Shown here: positions 18,458-26,500 of the stretch, one piece after another | How positions within the stretch are numbered: position 1 is the first letter of the stretch | How the letters are laid out: every line of letters begins with the position of its first letter | Virus record (IMG/VR): IMGVR_UViG_3300017909_003998 | Location: 1-34,358 of that record | Direction: 5' to 3' (one strand) | Source: a virus | Taxonomy: Duplodnaviria > Caudoviricetes | Length of the DNA stretch: 34,358 nucleotides | The notes under the pieces: model-generated | What the model was told of the DNA's origin: nothing | Database searches by the model: none | What the model saw: only the letters and a program-made list of their open reading frames with translations | Translations under genes and position numbers: made by a program

Positions 18458-19072
18458 TTATATAGTAGCATACTTTTCTGGTTTCCACAAGACCTCTAAC
18501 TTTTTGTCAAAAACCATCAAATAACGATGTTTTCTACTTCGCTCTCTCCACTCACCCTCTTGACCTTTCACAGGACCACGGGAATGTTTTGTTCCATCAG
18601 TATAATAGAAATCTTTTTTAGGGTCAGTCAACCCGAAGTAGTTAAAATTGCAAGCACGGTAGATAGTTCCAGTGTGGTGAGCAGAGTCAGCGTAGCTAAG
18701 AATAGCACGAACAGTTGTATCATTTCTAAATCTCCTAATACATTTACTAACGAACCATGATGTGATGTTATATTCTTCCTTTTGTATGTGAGGGTCTATA
18801 CACAATCTTGAAAGTTCAAATAAACCCTGCTGTTGATTTCTCTTTAAACCAAAAGCTCCTACGGCAATTTCTGGAGCTGGGAACCCAGTAAAAATACAAA
18901 CACCAAGACACCCGCCAATATTAAGAGGGCATTCCCATTCAGGATGCTTGAAAAGTCCATAGTTATATCCCGATTTAAAATCTTTCGATTCATCTTTCAG
19001 GTAATGATGAGTATAAAGAAGGTCTTTTACTTCCTCTTTATCTACTCTATCTATATAAAAATCACTTTTCAT
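18458..19072 (-). CDS. mom: Mom-family adenine-modification protein (GNAT fold)
   Basis: HHYL, ELSRLC, ILSYAD...HTGTIYRACNF.Y.G and C-terminal KHRY motifs characteristic of Mu Mom homologues. Confidence 0.78.
   Translation of the reverse strand: MKSDFYIDRVDKEEVKDLLYTHHYLKDESKDFKSGYNYGLFKHPEWECPLNIGGCLGVCIFTGFPAPEIAVGAFGLKRNQQQGLFELSRLCIDPHIQKEEYNITSWFVSKCIRRFRNDTTVRAILSYADSAHHTGTIYRACNFNYFGLTDPKKDFYYTDGTKHSRGPVKGQEGEWRERSRKHRYLMVFDKKLEVLWKPEKYATI
18462..18490 (-). promoter_or_regulatory. Possible sigma70-type promoter (extended -10)
   Basis: TTGTGG-17 nt-TACTAT with a TG at the extended -10 position, inside the end of the mom-like gene. Confidence 0.4.
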
Positions 19073-19086
19073 TTAAGTATTATTAC

Positions 19087-19266
19087 TTATTTTTGTTTTG
19101 ATTCTAAGATATATTCTACTGTATTTGCAACGTCGTTCATAGCGTCTCTTAGCACCGATTGAGACCCCGAATGTTGCTCTATCTTTGTTACTCCATTCTT
19201 AAATTCTTCGCAGAGAGTCCATCTCCACTGTTCCATACTTTTAGAATACCAAAGGTTAATCTTCAT
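19087..19266 (-). CDS. Small cyanophage hypothetical protein (59 aa, MKINLWYSKSMEQWRWTL...)
   Basis: Read manually (not in the ORF track); GAGG SD; fills the gap between tRNA-Thr and mom. Confidence 0.8.
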   Translation of the reverse strand: MKINLWYSKSMEQWRWTLCEEFKNGVTKIEQHSGSQSVLRDAMNDVANTVEYILESKQK

Positions 19267-19280
19267 AATACCTCTTAATA

Positions 19281-19354
19281 AGCCAACTAACGGACTTGAA
19301 CCGTTGACCTGAGCTTTACAAAAACCCTGCTCTATCCAGCTGAGCTAAGTTGGC
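19281..19354 (-). tRNA. tRNA-Thr(UGU)
   Basis: GCCAACT/AGTTGGC acceptor stem, GCTC-AGCTGGATA-GAGC D arm, TT-TGT-AA anticodon loop, AACGG-TTCAAGT-CCGTT T arm; no encoded CCA. Confidence 0.93.
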
Positions 19355-19355
19355 G

Positions 19356-19631
19356 TTAATCTACTGGTAGGAGTTCGGGATTCTCAATCTCTAACTCATA
19401 CATCATAGGATGACATTCTTCCATCATAAGATACATACTTGCCTTATACATCTCCTCTGTAGACCATCGTTTGTTTCCATTGGCAGATTGAGTTACCTCT
19501 GGAAGATTTCTTGCGATCTCGGGAAGTTCATCGAAAGTAAAAGGGACATTCTGTATCATATATACGAGAATGACTTTGCTTCCTTCCTGAGTGTCATACC
19601 AAGCGTATTCGGTTTCGATTTGGTACTTCAT
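19356..19631 (-). CDS. Cyanophage hypothetical protein (likely start MKYQIE at 19631)
   Basis: The ORF track starts at GTG 19652, which is almost on top of the CTAAATA at 19655-19661, so ATG 19631 is more plausible. PFTFDELP and EECHP motifs. Confidence 0.75.
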   Translation of the reverse strand: MKYQIETEYAWYDTQEGSKVILVYMIQNVPFTFDELPEIARNLPEVTQSANGNKRWSTEEMYKASMYLMMEECHPMMYELEIENPELLPVD

Positions 19632-19669
19632 GACACTTATAGTGTACCCCACTATATTTAGTGGAGCAA

Positions 19670-19754
19670 TAGGAGCGGGGGGACTTGAACCCCCACGAAC
19701 TTAATGTTCAACAGATTTTAAGTCTGGTGCGTCTACCGATTCCGCCACGCTCCC
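19670..19754 (-). tRNA. tRNA-Leu(UAA)
   Basis: GGGAGCG/CGCTCCT acceptor stem, TGGCGGAATCGGTAGACGC D arm, CT-TAA-AA loop, long variable arm, GGGGG-TTCAAGT-CCCCC T arm; no encoded CCA. Confidence 0.95.
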
Positions 19755-19760
19755 AAAGAA

Positions 19761-19916
19761 TCACTCCCCTTGCCAAGTAGGAGGGTGAAAAGTGCAATAT
19801 TCGTTAAAGGTGATTTTCATCTCCTTGTTGGTCAGACCCGCATTCTTTGCTGCTTTGGGCAAATTCCACTTCGCCGCGAATAACATTTCCATAGATTGTC
19901 GGGTTTCTGGTCTCAT
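19761..19916 (-). CDS. Small cyanophage hypothetical protein (51 aa, MRPETRQSMEMLFAAKWNLPKAA...)
   Basis: Read manually; helical, possibly HTH-like WNLPKAAK.AGLT..EMK..F; ends 6 nt before tRNA-Leu. Confidence 0.7.
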   Translation of the reverse strand: MRPETRQSMEMLFAAKWNLPKAAKNAGLTNKEMKITFNEYCTFHPPTWQGE

Positions 19917-20023
19917 AATCGTAGCACTCTAGGATTTCTTTGTAAAGGGTAGGCGAATAATAATTCATAAAAAAGTAATGGGGTCAAATTTTTGCCGGGA
20001 TTTTTTTCACCCCTTTTTTGGAA

Positions 20024-20221
20024 TTAAAGCTCGTTTTTGGTCAGGGGGTCAGCATACGCAAGTGTATCTTCATCACACTTGTCACGTACCAACTCAAGCA
20101 CTGCCATAAACTGATCCACGGTATCACAATCTACGACACGTTCTTCACCCTCATTAGAATAAAGAAAGAACTTACGGGACACGGGATCGACGACACAGCG
20201 TGTCAGGTACTCTTCTTGCAT
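20024..20221 (-). CDS. Small cyanophage hypothetical protein (65 aa)
   Basis: LTRCVVDP...FFLYSNEGEE..V.C.TVDQFM; first gene after a consensus sigma70 promoter. Confidence 0.8.
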   Translation of the reverse strand: MQEEYLTRCVVDPVSRKFFLYSNEGEERVVDCDTVDQFMAVLELVRDKCDEDTLAYADPLTKNEL

Positions 20222-20244
20222 AGGGTTCGTTTGATTACCTTGTT

Positions 20245-20273
20245 ATTATACGGTGGTCAGGTCACCGTGTCAA
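20245..20273 (-). promoter_or_regulatory. Consensus sigma70 (early/host-type) promoter
   Basis: TTGACA (20273-20268), 17-nt spacer, TATAAT (20250-20245). Confidence 0.9.
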
Positions 20274-21355
20274 CCATCATATGCTTTGATTGGGTCAGCA
20301 ATATCACTGTCCTCTAATGCATTCATACCACTCTGATAGTCTTTTACGCTATCGATTCTGTATCCAGCATCCATGAACCACGTATTGAGTTCTTCCTGGT
20401 GCTTGCGTTCTCTCAATGCTCTTGCATTATCAGTGATCTTAGAATTTAAATCGCTCCTAAGTGTAGTAATCTCACTCATTATTGATGTAATAGAAGAAGC
20501 ATAGCCACTGTTTACTTGGGATGCATCATCAAAGAAGTAATAAGTTCCAATCTCAGTTTGTGATGTCACGACACCCACAGCACCATGATAGTTGGCATCA
20601 TTAGATGCATAAAGAGTTTGTCCAATACCTAAAGTGCTAGATGCATACGCACCTGACCCCGATGTACTCCTTGATACTCTAATAAAAGTTCTATCATTCT
20701 CTCCTGCTGGGAGTATTCCTGATGCACTTTGTGTTCCGGAAGATAGATTTGGGAAGTGTGAAGCAGCAAGAATGTCTGGATAAACAGTGCCTTTGACTCC
20801 AACTAAACAGCAATCTACATTTGGAATACAAGTTCCACTGTCAGAGTCACAACCAGTGGGATAAATGAATGTAGAAATACCTGCCATGTACACAGCATTT
20901 TCTGCAGTGTCTCCAAATGCTGCTGCAGTGGTTATTGCAAGTCTTTCACTAGCAGTAGGATAGTTTACACCTGTTTGGTTAACTAAAGCAAATAACTGTC
21001 CCGAAAGAGTTACTATTTCATTTTTTTTATGGTTAATCTTATCAATATATTCTCTTTCAAAATTATCATCAAGAGCAATCACAGTTGTTTTTATGTCATT
21101 AAACTTTTTTTGCTGTATTCCTTGATAGTCGGGTATTGCTGCTGATGGTGGAGGAACGAAGTGTTCCTCAACGTTTGTTCCTCCAGAATCACCAGCAGTT
21201 TCAGAAATCTTTGAAATCACTCCTCCACCAATAGATCCAGATATTGCTATGATAGCATCATCTTCGCTATTTTGTAGACTTTGTAACTCATTATATGCGG
21301 CATTACCTGCTCTTGCTCCAGTGGTAGTGGTGTCTCCTGAAAATGGATTGGGCAT
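20270..21355 (-). CDS. Hypothetical structural protein; two helical segments flank a Cys-containing beta region
   Basis: Long ORF coupled (TAATG) to the upstream paralogue pair; CDSDSGTCIPNVDCC cluster. Confidence 0.75.
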   Translation of the reverse strand: MPNPFSGDTTTTGARAGNAAYNELQSLQNSEDDAIIAISGSIGGGVISKISETAGDSGGTNVEEHFVPPPSAAIPDYQGIQQKKFNDIKTTVIALDDNFEREYIDKINHKKNEIVTLSGQLFALVNQTGVNYPTASERLAITTAAAFGDTAENAVYMAGISTFIYPTGCDSDSGTCIPNVDCCLVGVKGTVYPDILAASHFPNLSSGTQSASGILPAGENDRTFIRVSRSTSGSGAYASSTLGIGQTLYASNDANYHGAVGVVTSQTEIGTYYFFDDASQVNSGYASSITSIMSEITTLRSDLNSKITDNARALRERKHQEELNTWFMDAGYRIDSVKDYQSGMNALEDSDIADPIKAYDG

Positions 21356-22062
21356 TACTGATTATCCTCCTTCGTGCTCTTATTTCCACGGGCATCATAA
21401 TCATAACCAGAAATTGAGAATTGCTTATCATCTCCTGGATATTCCGCAGGAGTTTCTCCTTCATACTCAACAATGAGAGGTTCACCATCAATCCTTGATG
21501 CTTGGATTACATAATAACAATCAATACCAGTTCCATTACCAGATTTTACTTTAACAACTTTACCCCAATCAATGCTCTCAACAATTAAATCTTGAGAAGA
21601 TCCAATCTGAGTGAGAGTTACTGTGATACTATCAACATCAATCAATCCCTCCCAATAAGATGGAAGTTCAATGGTATTTTTTCCAGTGAGTCTACCTCTG
21701 TAATATACTCCTGCCTCAGGGCCCTCAAGACAAATATGTCTTAAACGATGATTTGGTTTATTGGGGTGTTTAATATCAAATCCTTTCCAAGATTGAACAT
21801 TAATACTTCCTCGAAATGTTGGAGCAGTTACAGTTCCTCCAAATGTTGCATTTCCACCAACTGCTAAAGTTTGATCGATTTGTAAGTTACCCAGTCGCAT
21901 GTTGTAATGTAACCAAGGTTTACATGCTTCTGATGGGTAAGAAGTTGCTTGGGTGATACCCTTGGTCGGATAATCATACATTGTAGAGAATCTACCAAAA
22001 GTTGGTTGATCACCACAATGAGTATCAAAGTTAATCTCAGGTTTTAAAAATTCAGCGGCCAT
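21355..22062 (-). CDS. Spike/fibre-associated protein with K.FDI.HP...RLRH...EGP C-terminal domain (paralogue 2)
   Basis: KGFDIKHP..PNHRLRHICLEGPE..VYYRG...LP.YW.GL.D..SITV.LT. Confidence 0.8.
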   Translation of the reverse strand: MAAEFLKPEINFDTHCGDQPTFGRFSTMYDYPTKGITQATSYPSEACKPWLHYNMRLGNLQIDQTLAVGGNATFGGTVTAPTFRGSINVQSWKGFDIKHPNKPNHRLRHICLEGPEAGVYYRGRLTGKNTIELPSYWEGLIDVDSITVTLTQIGSSQDLIVESIDWGKVVKVKSGNGTGIDCYYVIQASRIDGEPLIVEYEGETPAEYPGDDKQFSISGYDYDARGNKSTKEDNQ

Positions 22063-22865
22063 TATTCTCCTCTCTTATCATAGTGGTAACCAGAAACAGA
22101 ATATTCATCATTGTTTCCAGGGTAGTCTGCTGGAGATTCTCCTTCATATTCAGGGATAAGTCTTTCTCCATCTGCTCTTTCAGCAAAAATCTGATAGTAA
22201 CAATTAATTGGAATACCTCCATTTGATTGAAGATATACTTTTTCTTCGTCAACTCTTTTGACAATCACGTTTTGATGTGCTCCAATCGGAGTAAGGTTAA
22301 CTGTGATTGTTGTCCAATCAACTAGTCCCTTCCAATATGTAGGTAACAAAATTTCTTTTTTATTTACTACTCTTCCTCTACAGTAAACATCATTTGATGG
22401 TCCTTCGGGACAGGTATGACGTAAACGATGTCCAGGTTTAGTTGGGTGAGGAATATCAAAGTTTTTCTTTGCTGCAAGAATGTGTCCTCCATTATTGGAC
22501 ATAACATGCCCTTGAGCAATTAAGTTTCCACCAGGAAATACATCATCATTAGTGTCAACTACGCCAAGAAGTGCTGTTGGACCAGAGACAGCAAGAGAAT
22601 ACTTACTATGATTTCCTCCAGGAATCAATGCTCCAGGAGTTATTCCTGCAACAGAAGAAACGGGAGAGTCATCAGAATTTCCATACGCACCAATACAAAC
22701 TGTTGCGTATGGAGAAACAAATTCCTTGGCACCACCAAAAACAACAGGTCCTTCTGCATACACAGAACCATTTACTTTCGTTGGGCCCTCTCCAACGGCA
22801 GGAACAATACCAATTCCTACTTTGAGTTGTCCTCCAACATTAAGATCGTCGAAAATAAGTGACAT
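22062..22865 (-). CDS. Spike/fibre-associated protein with K.FDI.HP...RLRH...EGP C-terminal domain (paralogue 1)
   Basis: KNFDIPHP..PGHRLRHTCPEGPS..VYCRG...LP.YW.GL.D..TITV.LT. Confidence 0.8.
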   Translation of the reverse strand: MSLIFDDLNVGGQLKVGIGIVPAVGEGPTKVNGSVYAEGPVVFGGAKEFVSPYATVCIGAYGNSDDSPVSSVAGITPGALIPGGNHSKYSLAVSGPTALLGVVDTNDDVFPGGNLIAQGHVMSNNGGHILAAKKNFDIPHPTKPGHRLRHTCPEGPSNDVYCRGRVVNKKEILLPTYWKGLVDWTTITVNLTPIGAHQNVIVKRVDEEKVYLQSNGGIPINCYYQIFAERADGERLIPEYEGESPADYPGNNDEYSVSGYHYDKRGE

Positions 22866-22866
22866 T

Positions 22867-23490
22867 TTATCCTACTTTAAAGTTGTCTTTCATCATTCGT
22901 TGATGCCCGTATTTGTCATCTTTTAAATCACATGCATTAGTAGCTCCTCTTACAACAGAGGCGATCATTTTCATCTGACCATTTGCAACAATTTCAAGTG
23001 TATTTGGTGTTGCTAATCTAAGAAGGTTTTTTGCAGTAGATGTTATTTTTTTGGAATCAAACAGAATAGATTCACTAGCATTTAGTTTAATATTTCCCTG
23101 ATCGAGAGCACCAACAGCAACTAATTCAATATCATCAGCAACCATTCTTATTTTACCATTACTGGCAATAATGTCAATATCACCATTATCTGCAATAAGG
23201 ACGAGACCATCTTGTTCTGCATCAAGATCCATTCCAGACCTGATTTGGGTGGTTCCAGGACTAGTCAGTGTTGTATATCCTGTTCTTTGACCATCATTAT
23301 CCATATAGAATCGATGACGACCATCTTTTGCCTGAAGCATCACGCCAGAAGTCACATCTCCTTTCTTATGAACCTTACCAAAGGCAATAGAACCATTATC
23401 ATTTCCATACTCAAGGGCAGTATAATTGCGTTTAGCAGTTCCAGACTGTGGTCCTGTCCTACTATTATTTGTATTGGATCTGGTTGACAT
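22867..23490 (-). CDS. Putative central-spike beta-strand protein (gp5 C-terminal-like)
   Basis: Short amphipathic strand-turn repeats (LIADNGDIDIIASNGKIRMVADDIEL...GNIKLNASESI); lies downstream of gp5. Confidence 0.6.
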   Translation of the reverse strand: MSTRSNTNNSRTGPQSGTAKRNYTALEYGNDNGSIAFGKVHKKGDVTSGVMLQAKDGRHRFYMDNDGQRTGYTTLTSPGTTQIRSGMDLDAEQDGLVLIADNGDIDIIASNGKIRMVADDIELVAVGALDQGNIKLNASESILFDSKKITSTAKNLLRLATPNTLEIVANGQMKMIASVVRGATNACDLKDDKYGHQRMMKDNFKVG

Positions 23491-23513
23491 TTATATTATC
23501 TAATAAGAACTAT

Positions 23514-26500
23514 TTAAGCAAGATTATCTGGAGTTCCTGGAATGTTAAGTCTAGGATTGTTACTGTTAATATCAGTACCAGATCTCTGAATTGCAGAAGG
23601 TCTAGTGGTGACTTCAGCATCGATACTCTCCTGAAGGGTAGCATAGACTTGAATAAGTCTTCCAGCAGTTTCGTATCTTCCAGCGAAAGGAATGCCATCC
23701 TTAAAGAAGACCTCTCCATAGTATGGACGACCCTCAATATATCCAGTCTGCTTAAGACCAGCAAGGTCAGTGATCTGAATCACGGTCTCTGGATCAACTT
23801 CTGGAGTATCAACACGCAGTTCAGTTTCAATACCTGGTACAAATCCAGTTCCAGTACTAGTAGTAACAGTAATTTTTGGATAAGTGGTGATAACAGGAGG
23901 TGGTGGCGGAGGTGGTAGTCCTGGAGTTCCTGGTGGTGGTGGTGGTGGCGGCGAAGGTGGTTCTTCAGGTGGTGGAGGTACAGGTGGTCCTGGAGTTCCT
24001 GGTGGTGGTGGAGTTCCTGGTGGCGGTGGTGGTATTGGAATTCCAGTAATCTTTCCAAATTCTCCAATAATGGGCGTGAAACATTGCCTTGTTCCATCTT
24101 CCTTTTCAATACAGACAAGATCTCCATCAGTGTATCCGATACCTGTTTTTTGTGGTACAATATTTGTAAGAGTGACTTGACCAGGAACACCTGGTGGTGG
24201 ATCGGGTGGTGGTGGATAAGAATTTCCTGGTTCCTCGACAATAACTTTAGCAACTGTTCCAATACCACCAACCTGTCTACTGCAAGGAGGAGCAAGAAGA
24301 ACTGCACTAATACCGACCGGATTTCTCAACCAGGATCTTCGGTCTGCAAGTTCTATACTTTCTTCAATAGTAATTCTACAAGCAGCTAAAGTAGGATTAC
24401 TTATAAAATTAGTTCCAGGTATGCTGGCATTCTGTAAGATCAACTTGATACTACGCTTTCCAGGATTTGTGACCCTATATTCATAGGCTTTAACTCCCTT
24501 ATTGGTACTTGCTGAAGCGACAGATTTATAACCTTCACTACCGAAACTATCTTTTAAATTTTCTCCTATGAAAACTTCCAGAGTGTCATCCCCTTCAACT
24601 TCAATCTTATATTTTCCATCAAGTGGAAAATCAACATCCTCCCATACCATTTCCCAAGTTCTACCTTGAAGGTTACTGCCACTTTCTTTTGTTCCCAATG
24701 GGAAGAATGGAGATAAGAATGGTCCAAGTGATCCTTTTCTATAAGTTGCAAGAGTTGGGTTCACAATTACAGGTGCTGTGTTCACTGTGAGACCTACAGG
24801 GGGACCAACAGTGACTGATCTAGAGAGTTCTTGATTTTTAACATCATATTTACCGAATCCTTCACCAATATTAGTAATTTCTTCTACAGATTCTTCCGCA
24901 ACATCAACTCTAAATGTTAAATCGTAAGTGCTTCTACCTTTATTTCCAAAGACGCCTCTTTTATTGGATGGAGTAAAGACACCTTTATTACATCTTATCT
25001 GCGTGTCATCATTATCATTCGCAGAACCAACAATATCAGCAAAGATAACATTAGATGGTTTAGAAGATTCTTTAGCATCAGCATTTTTACTAGAACCAAA
25101 TGATCCTTCCTTCAGTGTCCCTTGTTCTGGGACAAGCTTCACTTCTTCAGGTGGTGTGGGAACTGATTGAGTCGCATCAAGTTTTACATTTTTAGTTTCA
25201 CCACGTCCTCCATTACTAGTATAGAGCCAACTTTTATTGCCAATAGTAAAAGATCTTAATGCAATATTAGCATTATTAGGATTATCATTTACATCAAAAT
25301 CAATTGTAACATCAACACTTCCATTACATATCAAAGATCTTCCATCTGGAGAGAATTTGGCGGTGCCACCCTTGACATCAGCAATGGTCATTTTTGCATT
25401 TGTATCATCACCGTCACTATCTTTCAGTCTTATTACCTCTCCATCACTAGAAACATTGATAGGATTATTCGTAGAATTAAGTTGATCATATGTAATGGGA
25501 AAACTCTTAGTGATGTTCTTTCTTTTTCCACCAGTGTTTGAGTTACCACCGATTTTAATAGTTTTAGTTTCTTCTCCTTTCCTTCCAGATTGTCTCCAAG
25601 TTTCACCAAGTATTTTAATACTCTTGACGGCGACACCAGCATCTCTGGGATTATCATCCCACTTAAGTCTCAAAGTTACGTCACCATTACCATTACCTTT
25701 AACAACTAATTTTTTACCGTCATCAGAAAATACAACATCTAATCCAGGAGATGATGATTGAATTTCAAACTTTGCATTTCTATCATCTCCATCACCATCC
25801 AATAATTTTAAAAATTTTCCAGCATTTGAGACCTGAATAGGATCATTTGCTTTGTTTAATCCATCAAAATCAATATTAAATTCTCTTTTATTATTTTTCT
25901 TGTCTTCAGTATTTTTTAGAGTATGAGTTCCAGTAGCAATCGCAGTAACTTTGTAGTCAGTGTTGCGTTTTACTCTCTTTTTAATTGTCTTTACTTCTCT
26001 ACTTTCATCAACATTGTCAATCGTAAAACTATGATCTCCACCTTTCTCTTTGAAGACAAACTTCAATCCCATATTTTTCTGTGATCCTGCTCCATAGACA
26101 TCAAACTTAACGTCAACTTTTTCTGATTTGTCGGTGGGTTTTGTTACCCAATCTTTAGTATCAAATATTTTCCTGGTGACTTGCTTGTACTTAATTCTCT
26201 CCCCATTTCTGACGGTAATATTAATATTAGCCTTACCCTTATACAAGAAAATCTTATTCCTAGTAAGATCTTCCTTTTCAGTGCGGAATCCATTAACTTT
26301 TTTAATTACTTCCAGAAGATTTTCTGGAGATTCACTGTTGTCGGAATCTTGAGTGATAGTAACTTCAGCAAAGTTATCAACAGTTCCTTTGAAAACATAG
26401 AAACCTTGAAAGGGAATATTGGCAGTCCAAGTATTACTCCATTCCGAACCACTATATCCACTACCTTTAGTTCCGATAGGAAGAACAGGAGACATTGCAT

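Noticed and set aside
19632-19652. GTG start proposed by the ORF track for the 98-aa ORF
   Set aside because: It lies too close to the CTAAATA element; ATG at 19631 is preferred.
21355-22865. Paralogous 3' ends as a possible DGR template/variable repeat pair
   Set aside because: Both copies are intact genes, differences are not adenine-specific, and no reverse transcriptase is present in the window.
23884-24180. Plus-strand Gly-rich ORF
   Set aside because: It is the antisense shadow of the polyproline tract.
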